Shown piece after piece: positions 10,324 through 20,600 of a DNA stretch of 64,000 bases. The DNA is taken from positions 1,041-65,040 of the IMG/VR virus record IMGVR_UViG_3300023084_000017. One strand, written 5' to 3'. The DNA comes from a virus. Lineage: Duplodnaviria; Caudoviricetes. The stretch's first letter is position 1. Each line of letters begins with the position of its first letter. The translations under genes were made by a program, and so were the position numbers. The notes beneath the pieces are model-generated. The model was not told where the DNA came from. It was given only the letters and a program-made list of their open reading frames with translations, and ran no database searches.

Positions 10324-13300
10324 TATCCCTCCAACGCTTCGATTCTAGCAGTTAAATCTGAAATCTGTGTGCTTAGTTCTTGTACTGCTTTTACTAATGG
10401 ACCTATCAATTGGTCATAATCCATAAAGTATCTATCAATTGTCGAATCGTGATTTACTAATCTATAATCATCTAATGCTATTTGTTCATTAACATCTTGT
10501 GCTACAAATCCAAAATAGTATTCATTACTAGGGTCTAAAGGAACAGTTTGTTCAGTTCTAATACAAGTACCTTCACCTTCTGTTTCACAATAATTACAAA
10601 GAGCATTTGGGTCTGAAGAACTGTCGCCACTTTCTCCACATACATAAACTGTTTCTGTGCCTAATTTATATTTTTTAGGACTTAATGTATTTATAAAATC
10701 TAATCCGTAATCTATATCTGCAATATCTGTTTTGAATCTTTCATCAGAACTTGTTACTTGACCAGATGTTAACCAAAGAGAAGTCCATCTTTGTCCAGCA
10801 GTTCCTAAAGAATATGAATTGTTTGAACGAGGATTTACATTATAAGCATTAAAATTACCTAAGCTAAATGTATTAGTTGAAGAAGTAGTAGCAGACCAAG
10901 TAAAAGTATTTCCACTTCTTGATAGTCCAGAAAATAAACCGAAAAATGTACCAGATGTAGAAAAACTTATCGATGGACCAGTAGCTGTTCCAGCAAATGA
11001 TATATCTGTTAATGCTGAAGTAACGAAACCACTATGACTGTGGTCACTCTCATTTACATACCTTGCGTCACCCTCTGATTCAGTTAAATATTCTGAAGGT
11101 ATAGAAGTCAAAAAACCGCTATGACTATGGTCTGTTTCGTTAACATATCTTGAGTCAGCTGTAGATTGAGTAAGAAAACTTGTATGGTCACTATCTGGAT
11201 GTGTACCACCAGCAGTAACCCACTCAAGACCATTTGCTGTTTTACCTAATACTTCACCATTTGAACCTACACCACCATATACACTTATATTTGAAGCATC
11301 TATGTGTAAGTAGGAATCATTTGACTCTGTATGTAATATATTATTTAAGCCATTTGTTAAATATAAAGAGGATTTACTACCAAGAAAATCATTTTCTACA
11401 TAAAAACCTGCATCAGTACCACCACTTGGATTATATGCTTGTTCTAAATAAAGAGATGGATTAGAAGAACTACCGCTTGCGTTTATTGCTAATTGGTCTT
11501 GAATACTCACATAGTTGGTAGAACTTATAAGATTTAAACCTGTAGTTGTATTATTGTATATAAAAGAATTTCCTAAAGATATAACATCATTACCACCGCC
11601 AGTAGGTGTAGTGCTTCTAGAAGGTAATCTAATAGTTATTGAATTAAATTCTGCATCACCATCTGCATCTATTGCCCATCCAGATGAACCAGCAGTATAG
11701 TTTCCTGATATTGTTCCATTGTCATATAAAGTTATATATTGACCACTACCATTTTCTGCTCTTAAATAATTAGAGCTTATTTCCCAACCACCTATTTCTC
11801 CAGATGTAGCTGTTATTGCTCCTGCATTAGATACTTGAAATGGAGCTGAACCAATGCTTCCTGCACCGAGCCACATATTTCCATCAGTATCTACATGAAA
11901 ACTTGTACTATCACTTCCACCAATATCAATAGTTCCGCCAGAAATATTTGAACCAGATAAATCACCAGTAAATGTACCACTAGCACCAGAAATATCTCCA
12001 CTAAAGTCTCCTCCAGCTGCACTCAAATCTCCAGAGAACGTACCTCCAGCACCACTTAAGTCACCTGAGAATGTTCCTCCTGCTGCACTTAAATCACCTG
12101 AGAATGTTCCACTAGCACCTGTGATATCTCCTCTAAAGTTTCCTGATTCAAATTCAGCTGTACCATCAGCATCTATTTTCCAACCAGCGGAACCAGGGAA
12201 ATAGTTACTAGATTTAATAATTGCACTATCAGAAGTATTGGTTCCAACAATTATTTCTTGACCTGCAATAGTTCCAGCAGTTATTTTTCCAGCAGTAAGT
12301 GTATCTATCTTTGCATCTGTTACTGCAAGGTTTTGTATTTTAGCAGTTGTAATAGCAGCATCAGATATATTTGCAGTAGCTACTAAATTACCATTAGCTG
12401 ATTGTTCATCAGAAGGGTCAGACTCATTACCAGCATTATCTACAGCTGTAAATCTCCAGTAATGTGTATCACCATTCGCAACTTGAACTTCTCCAATTAC
12501 AGGTATTTGATTTCTTATCGAAGAAGCACCAACTAATAATTCTCCTACTAAATATTGTTCTTTATCATTTTGTGTAGACAGTGAAAAGCCAGAAGTTGTA
12601 GAAGCGTAAACATTTAAATGATGTGTATCTCTTTGTAATGTGTAATCAACTATAGAAGCTATAGGGTTTCCATCATCATCTTCAGCTCTACCTAGGTTGT
12701 GAATAATCTGAACTCTTAATGCACCTGCCGCAACGGTATTAGCAGGACCAGGTTTAGAAGGTGCAGCAGTATCAATAGCTGTTGTTATAGTTCCAGTTGC
12801 TGGTGTGTCAGACGTATTAGCGTTAGTCAGTATTGGTGAAACTCTAACTGTGTAGTTAGTTGCTAATTGTAATCCTTCTATTGTAAAGTTGTTATCTGTA
12901 TTCCAGTTAACAAATGAAGACTGGTATTCACCAGAACTATTAGTAGGTTTCCATTGAATTTGATACTGTAAACCATTTTGTATAGGAGTCCCATTATCGT
13001 ACGTTGGTTCTTCCCATTCAACAAATATTATTGCATTGTCTCGACCTTGTGCATCTTGAAGTGTTGCAGATGTAAGTTTTAAATCTCCTTCAACTCCTGT
13101 GTCAGGATGCTTAGGTCTAAGTGGTGCATATTGTCTGTTGCCAGTAGTAATACCTGTAACAGCAGAACTAAATCTTAAATCTTCTCCTAATCGTTTGTCT
13201 AAGTCACCAATGTCTAGCTGTGTGTTTCCTGATTCCCAAGATACATAATCTGTTAAGTCAATATATTCAACTCTATAAGGTGCAGTAGTTCTTACTTTTC

Positions 13301-15716
13301 TTAGATAAACTCCATATCCATCTTTAACAGGCCATGTAATACCAGTTATTCTTATTTTCTCAGGATTGATGATTTGACCACGATATGCAACTTCATGTAA
13401 AGAACTTCTACCATCTTCTATTCTTTTTGCTTCTGTATCTTCAAACTTAATCTCTGGGTCATAGACATATATCATGTCACCAATATTGAAGTCACCTTGA
13501 ATCTCGTATTGTTCAAGTGATAAACTTAAAGTCTTTTTAATTTTCTTTAGTTCATTGAGATAAGCTTGTGCTCTAGATTGTCTTTGCACATTAGGTATGT
13601 CGTTCTCACCTATGAACTGTACCCTCTCTAAAGGAGCACCATATAAATCTCTGTAAGGTGTATTTTCATCAAAAGCTTCTGCGTGGTCTGCTGATTGAGA
13701 AGAACCTTCAGCTTGTGTTAATAACTCTACACCAGAAACATAGTCTTCCGCATCGAATGTAGATGTAATAGATTCAGGTATTAAACCAACTATTGCTGGG
13801 TCTTCACCTGATGTGTCTCTAACTATAATTGCAGGTGGTTCATCTGAACCATGTCCTTGAAATAATACTTCTTTAAGGCCAGCATCTAATGTGGCATCAG
13901 TATTTATTCTATATTCTGTACCTAATTGTTCTGATACTTTATTTATTGCAGAATAAACAGACTCAACATAATGGTCGCCATTATAAAGACCAGTAGTACT
14001 TGTTGTACTTAGTGTTGATGAAGGTGCTGTAAAATCCTCTGTATATAACGCAGAGCCTTTAGTAATTCTAAAATCATCAATATATCCATAAAAGTAATCA
14101 GCTCCCTGTGACCTACCTATTGAAAATTTAAGAGTTCCATCTCTAGTATTTCTTGTTAAAGCTTTGTTAGATGTCCATTGAGAAACCTTAGTTCCATTTT
14201 TAAATGTTCTAAATACATTACCACTTCTAGTAATTGCAAAGTGATTCCATTGACCATAGTCAATCGTTCCTAATGATTTACCATCAGCAATATCCCATAT
14301 ACCAGAATCAACATTGTTTGATATAGAGCTTTGTCCGAGCGTACTACGCATATACACTTTAGAAGTTCCACTTCCATCTTCATTCAGACCTAATATGAAT
14401 GCAGGAGTTTGTCCATCGGGATTAGTTGCAAATACTGCACCATGTTTTGTTGCACTTCTAGGTGATGCTGAAACTTGGTTTCCATGATAAAACTTTTCAT
14501 TCGGTTGCCAAAACTTTGAATAGTATTTTTGATACAGAGGGTCGTTCTGATAGAATGTTGAACTTCCTGGTTCGCTATCGTATATAGACCTATTACCTGT
14601 ATAAATATCTGCAAAGTCAATTCCAGTATCAACTTGCTTTAAAGCAGACAATGGTCCTGTGTGAAAATCAACAGAAGGAGTTATAGCATCTAATGTTTCT
14701 TCACTTACTATAGTTCTCTTACTTGAATTAAATGCACCTAAGGAACCATCTAAACCAAAGTCAGTGTTTTTAATATCAGAAAAGTAGTCAGTAGATATTT
14801 CTACACCTTGATACCAGTCTGGGTCATTTAAAGGATTGAGTCCAGTAGGGAATGTTCTTGAAGCGTCTGTTCCTACTAGTTCATCAATATCATTATTTCT
14901 TCTATCTATTTGAGGTTGAACCCAGTAATACGTTCCATCGTAACCAACAGATGCTAACCACATTATTGCGTATGCTGCGTCATTATAAGCAGTTAAGTCT
15001 GCAATAGCACTTACAGAAGTTCCATCAACATCCTTGTACAAAGAAACAAAGTATGAATATTCAAAACTATCTGTACCTTGATGGAAGCAAAGACTAACCA
15101 TCATATCAAAATGTTGTTGAGCTAAAGTTGTGTCATAAGGAAATGAATCTTCATGTCCACTAAACACCGATTTAACTTTTGCGACAGATGCTGCTAATTT
15201 ATCTTGAAGTAAATCTTCAGCTAAAGATTCAGAGAATACCATATTACTATCAGAGGAATCATCACCTGTATATTTAATCCTTATTGCTTTACCAGTTTGT
15301 TGAGTACCTCCACTGTCTTTAAAGAAACCACCAGTAGAGTTTGTAGCATGTGCTTCTGTAAACTCAGCAGGAAAAGTATATGTAGTTCCACCAATGTCTA
15401 TACCGTCTGTGTAAACTTGATGATATAAATTATCTTTTAATGGTTTACCATCAAAGGTTGTACCGTAACCAATCGTTAATGTTCCTCTTATCTTTGTATG
15501 AAAACCAGGTTCATAAGGAACTCTTCCGTAAAATTCAGATATGTAATTCGTTGAAGCAGAAGGTGGTTTAGAATCATTATCTTCATAGTCAACACCTGTT
15601 ACAGATATTATTGGATAGCCATCGTCATATACGAATGGTATAAACTTTTCAGCATCTTTTATTTTAGTTAAACCTGATGCAGATAAGCTTGCGTTAGTTA
15701 AATCAAATTGTGGCAT
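10323..15716 (-). CDS. Central tail tip/fibre protein: N-terminal GH24 lysozyme-like domain, C-half of a LamG domain, tail hub remainder, FN3-like domains, fibre repeats, C-terminal peptidase S74 chaperone
   Basis: GLTKIKDAE..Y.D..TIGYG..Q.HFDMMVS..RR (GH24); WNHFAITRSG..GYIDDFRITKG (LamG); SDERFKTDI..GFVAQDV..LVKAVQEL (S74). Confidence 0.8.
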   Translation of the reverse strand: MPQFDLTNASLSASGLTKIKDAEKFIPFVYDDGYPIISVTGVDYEDNDSKPPSASTNYISEFYGRVPYEPGFHTKIRGTLTIGYGTTFDGKPLKDNLYHQVYTDGIDIGGTTYTFPAEFTEAHATNSTGGFFKDSGGTQQTGKAIRIKYTGDDSSDSNMVFSESLAEDLLQDKLAASVAKVKSVFSGHEDSFPYDTTLAQQHFDMMVSLCFHQGTDSFEYSYFVSLYKDVDGTSVSAIADLTAYNDAAYAIMWLASVGYDGTYYWVQPQIDRRNNDIDELVGTDASRTFPTGLNPLNDPDWYQGVEISTDYFSDIKNTDFGLDGSLGAFNSSKRTIVSEETLDAITPSVDFHTGPLSALKQVDTGIDFADIYTGNRSIYDSEPGSSTFYQNDPLYQKYYSKFWQPNEKFYHGNQVSASPRSATKHGAVFATNPDGQTPAFILGLNEDGSGTSKVYMRSTLGQSSISNNVDSGIWDIADGKSLGTIDYGQWNHFAITRSGNVFRTFKNGTKVSQWTSNKALTRNTRDGTLKFSIGRSQGADYFYGYIDDFRITKGSALYTEDFTAPSSTLSTTSTTGLYNGDHYVESVYSAINKVSEQLGTEYRINTDATLDAGLKEVLFQGHGSDEPPAIIVRDTSGEDPAIVGLIPESITSTFDAEDYVSGVELLTQAEGSSQSADHAEAFDENTPYRDLYGAPLERVQFIGENDIPNVQRQSRAQAYLNELKKIKKTLSLSLEQYEIQGDFNIGDMIYVYDPEIKFEDTEAKRIEDGRSSLHEVAYRGQIINPEKIRITGITWPVKDGYGVYLRKVRTTAPYRVEYIDLTDYVSWESGNTQLDIGDLDKRLGEDLRFSSAVTGITTGNRQYAPLRPKHPDTGVEGDLKLTSATLQDAQGRDNAIIFVEWEEPTYDNGTPIQNGLQYQIQWKPTNSSGEYQSSFVNWNTDNNFTIEGLQLATNYTVRVSPILTNANTSDTPATGTITTAIDTAAPSKPGPANTVAAGALRVQIIHNLGRAEDDDGNPIASIVDYTLQRDTHHLNVYASTTSGFSLSTQNDKEQYLVGELLVGASSIRNQIPVIGEVQVANGDTHYWRFTAVDNAGNESDPSDEQSANGNLVATANISDAAITTAKIQNLAVTDAKIDTLTAGKITAGTIAGQEIIVGTNTSDSAIIKSSNYFPGSAGWKIDADGTAEFESGNFRGDITGASGTFSGDLSAAGGTFSGDLSGAGGTFSGDLSAAGGDFSGDISGASGTFTGDLSGSNISGGTIDIGGSDSTSFHVDTDGNMWLGAGSIGSAPFQVSNAGAITATSGEIGGWEISSNYLRAENGSGQYITLYDNGTISGNYTAGSSGWAIDADGDAEFNSITIRLPSRSTTPTGGGNDVISLGNSFIYNNTTTGLNLISSTNYVSIQDQLAINASGSSSNPSLYLEQAYNPSGGTDAGFYVENDFLGSKSSLYLTNGLNNILHTESNDSYLHIDASNISVYGGVGSNGEVLGKTANGLEWVTAGGTHPDSDHTSFLTQSTADSRYVNETDHSHSGFLTSIPSEYLTESEGDARYVNESDHSHSGFVTSALTDISFAGTATGPSISFSTSGTFFGLFSGLSRSGNTFTWSATTSSTNTFSLGNFNAYNVNPRSNNSYSLGTAGQRWTSLWLTSGQVTSSDERFKTDIADIDYGLDFINTLSPKKYKLGTETVYVCGESGDSSSDPNALCNYCETEGEGTCIRTEQTVPLDPSNEYYFGFVAQDVNEQIALDDYRLVNHDSTIDRYFMDYDQLIGPLVKAVQELSTQISDLTARIEALEG

Positions 15717-15720
15717 ACTA

Positions 15721-16413
15721 TCACGGAGTTAACCTATACTCCCACCATTCGATTGTAAAATCTCTATCATCTAAATTTAATTCATCTTTGTAATCAATTA
15801 ATACATGGTCTGATTCACCAGATAGATATAGAGAGCTACTTCCATATTTGCTTTCATCTGTAGATATTTCGGCATTATCCAAAAATGTAAATGTATTATC
15901 TGTATCAGAACCATCTGTTGTTGTTGTGGCACCATCTATGCCTTCAAAGTTCATTAAAAGTTTTGTGTTTTCTTTGGTAGGGTTAGTAATTGTTCCCGCT
16001 CTAATAGCTCTTTTCTTTCCTTCTGTTCCTTCTCTAAGTAATCCAAATGGTGAACCAGTATCATTATCTAAAACATAAGATAATGTTTTTTCTTGATAAG
16101 ACCTTTTAGCTGATAACCCACCTTTCTCTGCCACAGGCAATCCTCTAGTATCGTTATCACCTAAGTATGAAACTAAACCAGCACCTTCTATTTCTACTGT
16201 TTCTTCCTCTATAGAAAGCTGATTAATAATACCAACATACTCTGCACTACTAAGCATAGAAGAATCATCTAACTCATCTTCTGAAACTCTCGCTGGCATA
16301 ATGACCACATGTTCCCACGGTTCAATGCTATTTATAATAGAGTTAGGTACAAGGTTTATATCTAAAGATACATTGAAGACTCCAGGAGCCATCAACTTTT
16401 CAGTTACGCTCAT
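15721..16413 (-). CDS. Minor tail (hub) protein N-terminal part, ending in the N-half of a LamG domain
   Basis: Follows the distal tail gene; ends TKLLMNFEG..STDESKYGSSSLYL..DFTIEWW, the typical start of a phage LamG module. Confidence 0.7.
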   Translation of the reverse strand: MSVTEKLMAPGVFNVSLDINLVPNSIINSIEPWEHVVIMPARVSEDELDDSSMLSSAEYVGIINQLSIEEETVEIEGAGLVSYLGDNDTRGLPVAEKGGLSAKRSYQEKTLSYVLDNDTGSPFGLLREGTEGKKRAIRAGTITNPTKENTKLLMNFEGIDGATTTTDGSDTDNTFTFLDNAEISTDESKYGSSSLYLSGESDHVLIDYKDELNLDDRDFTIEWWEYRLTP

Positions 16414-17684
16414 GCTTTCACCACCTTACAGTATTCAGATACATTATCTAAGTATTGGTCTCTTACGCTGTCACCTGTATTTTGTGAGAACACTGATAAG
16501 TCTGATTCATATAATTCATATCCTATAAAAGCTTTTAACTGTGTACCACCAGAAGTAGGATAAATTAAACCTCTGACTAAATCTTCTGTAAATGAAGAAG
16601 GTGAACCAAGTAACCATTTGTTACCATCATCATCAACTGCACCTGCTTTTATATAACCTGTTGCAGTGTCTGCATCAGATGAAGGGTCTTCACTTAAACT
16701 TATATTTAATCTTGAACTTATAGGTGATTGATTTAATATCAATGAAGCATGGTGAGCACCTCTTCTTAAAGAAATGTCTAATGTAAGTCTATCTTGACCA
16801 CTAGCTTGATAGTGAGAAGTTAATCTAATAATTCCAAGCTCTGGAGTATTTCTTAATATTTGTATAGTTTTCCAACCTCTAAATTCAGTAGCTAGCTGAT
16901 TAGAACCAGATGGTGTTCCTCTGTGTATTGCCCACTCTGTTTCACTACCATAGCTAGTTGTATCCCACAAATAAGAAACAATTCTTGATTGTGTAGTATT
17001 TGAGCCAACTCTAATTTTAACAATTCCATTTTCAAGTATTGCACCAGCTGACACATTAGGAGATGCTAAGCCATTTCTTACTTGAGAGTCAGTAGTTATC
17101 CTGACAGAGCCTTTATAAAAGTCTGCTGGGTCAACATGAAACTGTGCATTACTTCCTCTAAGATTATTATCTCTTTTTATTCTCATTGTAACTGTATCGC
17201 TAGCAGTAGTTGTAGTTAAATCTCCAGCAACTCTAGTGCCATCTGTTGGGTTACTTTGGTGAAAGTAGTTGTAATGATTTCCTGGTGGACTATGAAACTG
17301 TTGTGATGTAGATGTAATAGAATGCGCATTATCTAATAGCTTTCCTGTTAACACAGACTCTTTTACAACTTCACCTACCTTTCCTAAGTATTCCATATCT
17401 AATGAGTAATTAAATCCACCCATTGAATACCTTGCAATATCTACTGAGCTATCAGTTAAGTAAACATATCCGTCAAAAGTAGAATCTCCATCGTATCTAA
17501 AAGGAACATATACTCCAGCTTGTGCCATAGAAACTAATTCATCTCTAATATATTTGACTGTGTCTAAATCTGTTTCAGCAATCTTTCCTTGTATTCTTAA
17601 TTGCCTATCTCCACCACCACCAGAAAAATCTAATGATGCAGGAGAAGTGATATCTAATCTACCTATGTGAACTTGATGTGCCAC
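16410..17684 (-). CDS. Distal tail/minor tail protein
   Basis: Immediately downstream of the tape measure gene; beta-rich 424-aa protein. Confidence 0.6.
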   Translation of the reverse strand: MAHQVHIGRLDITSPASLDFSGGGGDRQLRIQGKIAETDLDTVKYIRDELVSMAQAGVYVPFRYDGDSTFDGYVYLTDSSVDIARYSMGGFNYSLDMEYLGKVGEVVKESVLTGKLLDNAHSITSTSQQFHSPPGNHYNYFHQSNPTDGTRVAGDLTTTTASDTVTMRIKRDNNLRGSNAQFHVDPADFYKGSVRITTDSQVRNGLASPNVSAGAILENGIVKIRVGSNTTQSRIVSYLWDTTSYGSETEWAIHRGTPSGSNQLATEFRGWKTIQILRNTPELGIIRLTSHYQASGQDRLTLDISLRRGAHHASLILNQSPISSRLNISLSEDPSSDADTATGYIKAGAVDDDGNKWLLGSPSSFTEDLVRGLIYPTSGGTQLKAFIGYELYESDLSVFSQNTGDSVRDQYLDNVSEYCKVVKA

Positions 17685-20600
17685 TAATTTCTCCTAAGAC
17701 CTGTACCAGATGAACCCTCTTTATCTAACTTCTTTAGTGCTTTACTAATTTGAACCGCCGCCTTTCTTGCAGATATTGGGTCTGAAGGAACTCCAGTAAC
17801 ATTTACATTTAAGTTATTTACTACTGTACCAGATTTTCCAGTACCTAAAGGTTTTACCATAAATCCATTTCCAGGAATAAACTTCACTTCTTCTGGTCCA
17901 TACTCACCAACAAGAGCACGAGTCATTGGGTCTCCACGACCACCATATTTATATTTCTTAACCCTTCCACCCATACCATAATCAGGTAGAACAAATGGTT
18001 CTGTGGGCATAAGTGAATTGAAATAGTCTCTAAAGTTTGTATGAAAATTTTGGAAAGTTCCAGAGTCAAAAGTACCTGCTGTAGTTGATTTACCTGATTG
18101 GTCACTTAAGGCATTCATGAAAGTATTGTATTCTCCTGAACCCATAAAGTTAGTTAAGGTAGCCATGTATATACCCATTTCCATAACACCACCTTTGAGT
18201 TGTCCAAGAGTCTCAGCTAGTGCTTCTTTAATTTGTGGGGTAGTTGAAAGAACGGTTGTTAATAATGTGTTTTGTGCTGCTATAACTTCATTTACAGCAC
18301 CAGATATACCACCATACATAGTTTCAATATTGGATAGATTATTTAAAAACTCTCCGTCGTAAGCTATTTCTTGATTAAGAGTAGCTAGTGCCTCATTGTA
18401 TTTAAGTTGTGCATCTACTGTTCTTTCTTTTGCGGAAGCCATATTATCTTCTGATATTTTCAAGTTGCTATCAAGTAATAGTTTTTCATTTTCTAAGTCT
18501 ATTACTTTCTGTCTTGCGCTAATCAAGGCATCATCTGTTTCTAAAGCTTCTTCTCTTGCTTTAGTTAAATCTCTTTCGGTAGCAGTCAATTCTAAAATTG
18601 CTAATTTTCTTTCATCTTCTGTTATGTCTTCACCTTTCAAAGCTGCTAATCTTTCTTCCGCCGCTTGAAGCTCGAGATTACTGATAACTCCTTTAGCACC
18701 CATAGCACGTAAGTCTTGTATATTTTCTTCGGCTCTCTGTATTTCTAGTAGTTCTTGAGCAGATTTATTACCACCTGCTTTCTTGATTTTATCTTCTAAA
18801 GATATTTTTTTTCTAAGTAAACTAATTTCTTCATCAAGAGTTATAACACCTTTTCTACCTGTTATTTCGAGTTCTGCTACTTCTTTTAGACCTTTAAGAT
18901 ATCTGTCGTTGAAAGAAGCAGCATCTCTACGAGCAGAATTTAAGGCTATTTGTGTTTGTAGCTCCGCTCTTTGCGCTTGTATTACACCTCTTTGTGCATC
19001 TTTGAAATCTGTATAAATTCTTAAGTCATCTCTATATCCACTAAATAATCCCATTAATGCATTAGATGATTCTTTAGCTAGCATTGATTGTCTATCGTGA
19101 ATACCTAGAATTATTCCATCAATTAAAGCATGTCCAATATTTTTTCTTGTCCATTCAGATGGAGATTTGATTCCATATTTATATAGTATCTCCTGTATTG
19201 CATCGTCTATAACGCCTGTAAATGTTTGAGTTAATTCAGGTGCTTTATCCTTAACACCTTTTACTATTCCATCTCCTAAGTCTTCACCAGCTTCTTCAAA
19301 TTCATTTTTATTATCTTTAATCATCTTGGCAGCTTGTTGAGCAAGTTCAGGTCCCACAACTTTAGATAGTTGCTCTTCTAATGAACCTGCCATCATAGGT
19401 GCTGCTAAAAAGTCATTAAGAACATTCATTGCTTCAGGTCCTACTGATGCTAATTGTCTAGCTACTAATGGAGAGACTTCTGATAGTTCTAGTATTCCTT
19501 TTTCAAACTGTTCTTGTATCTTAAGATTTTCTACTAAGTTTTTAGAAAATTCAATAGCAGTAATTCTTGCTGCTTCTGGTAATTGTTGCATTCCGTTTAT
19601 TGCATTTTCTAATGACTGAGATAGAGACTCGTCAATTGCCTCTGAAAGTGATTGAATAGCTATTTCTGAATTCATAAATTCTTCATTCATGTCTCCCATA
19701 ACTTCCTCGACAGTTCCAGTTTCTTCGGCAAGATTTCTCATAACTAAAGCCTGTGCTCTTTCAAAATTTTGTGCATTTGTTGCATCGATTTTTTGTGCTT
19801 CTGTAATAGCACCCCTAGTTATTAATAGTTCTTGAACATCGTTTAAAAATTTAGCTTTGCCTTGAAGTAGTATCGCTGAATCTTTTATGATGTCACTATC
19901 TGCTAAATTCATAATTTTATCGTCTAGGACTATATCAAAAACATCTTTATAAAGTCGGAGAATACTATTTACTTCATCTATTTGACCAGCGTCTATGTCT
20001 ATATCTCCAGTGAGGAATGGTACTGTAGCTCCTGATTGCATTGCTTTAAGTAACCCAAATGATTCCTCAATATTAGTAAGTGCTCTATTGATTTCTTCAT
20101 CTCCAAAGTCTGTGCTCAGTACAGATTCAATTAAATCACCAACAGTGGTTTTTTTACCTGATGCAACATCTGTGACTAATTCACTTAAGCCTCCAAAGAT
20201 TTGCTTTTCTAATTCATCTTTGTCTAAACCAAAATCATCTGCAACATTTTCAAGTCTATTCTCTAAACCTTTACCACCTTTCTGACCAAATACTAAAGTT
20301 TCTAAATTAGCACCAGCAGACAATTTGAAAGCAGCTTGCATACCTCTTACAGATTTACTTAATGATTCTATTTTTTCTTCTACTGCTTCGATAGTCTTTG
20401 CATCTGCTCCATCACCAATCAAATTTTCTCTAAGATTACCCAATGCTTCTAGTTGTGTTCTTGACTTTTCTAACTCTATAAAACTTTCTGTTAATGAATT
20501 CATATTATTTGCAAACTCATCCATGCTTCTTCTTCTAGCACCAATTCTTTCTATAGCACTGAATATTAATTGAAATGCTCCCATAAATACTAAAGCTTTT

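Noticed and set aside
11950-12140. 33-bp-period tandem repeat
   Set aside because: It encodes the GGTFSGDLSAA fibre repeat, so it is a coding repeat rather than CRISPR or a regulatory array
14460-15720. Intron or intein explaining the lysozyme insertion in LamG
   Set aside because: No intein C/S...HN termini, homing endonuclease or recognisable group I/II core; the insert begins a new ORF after a stop
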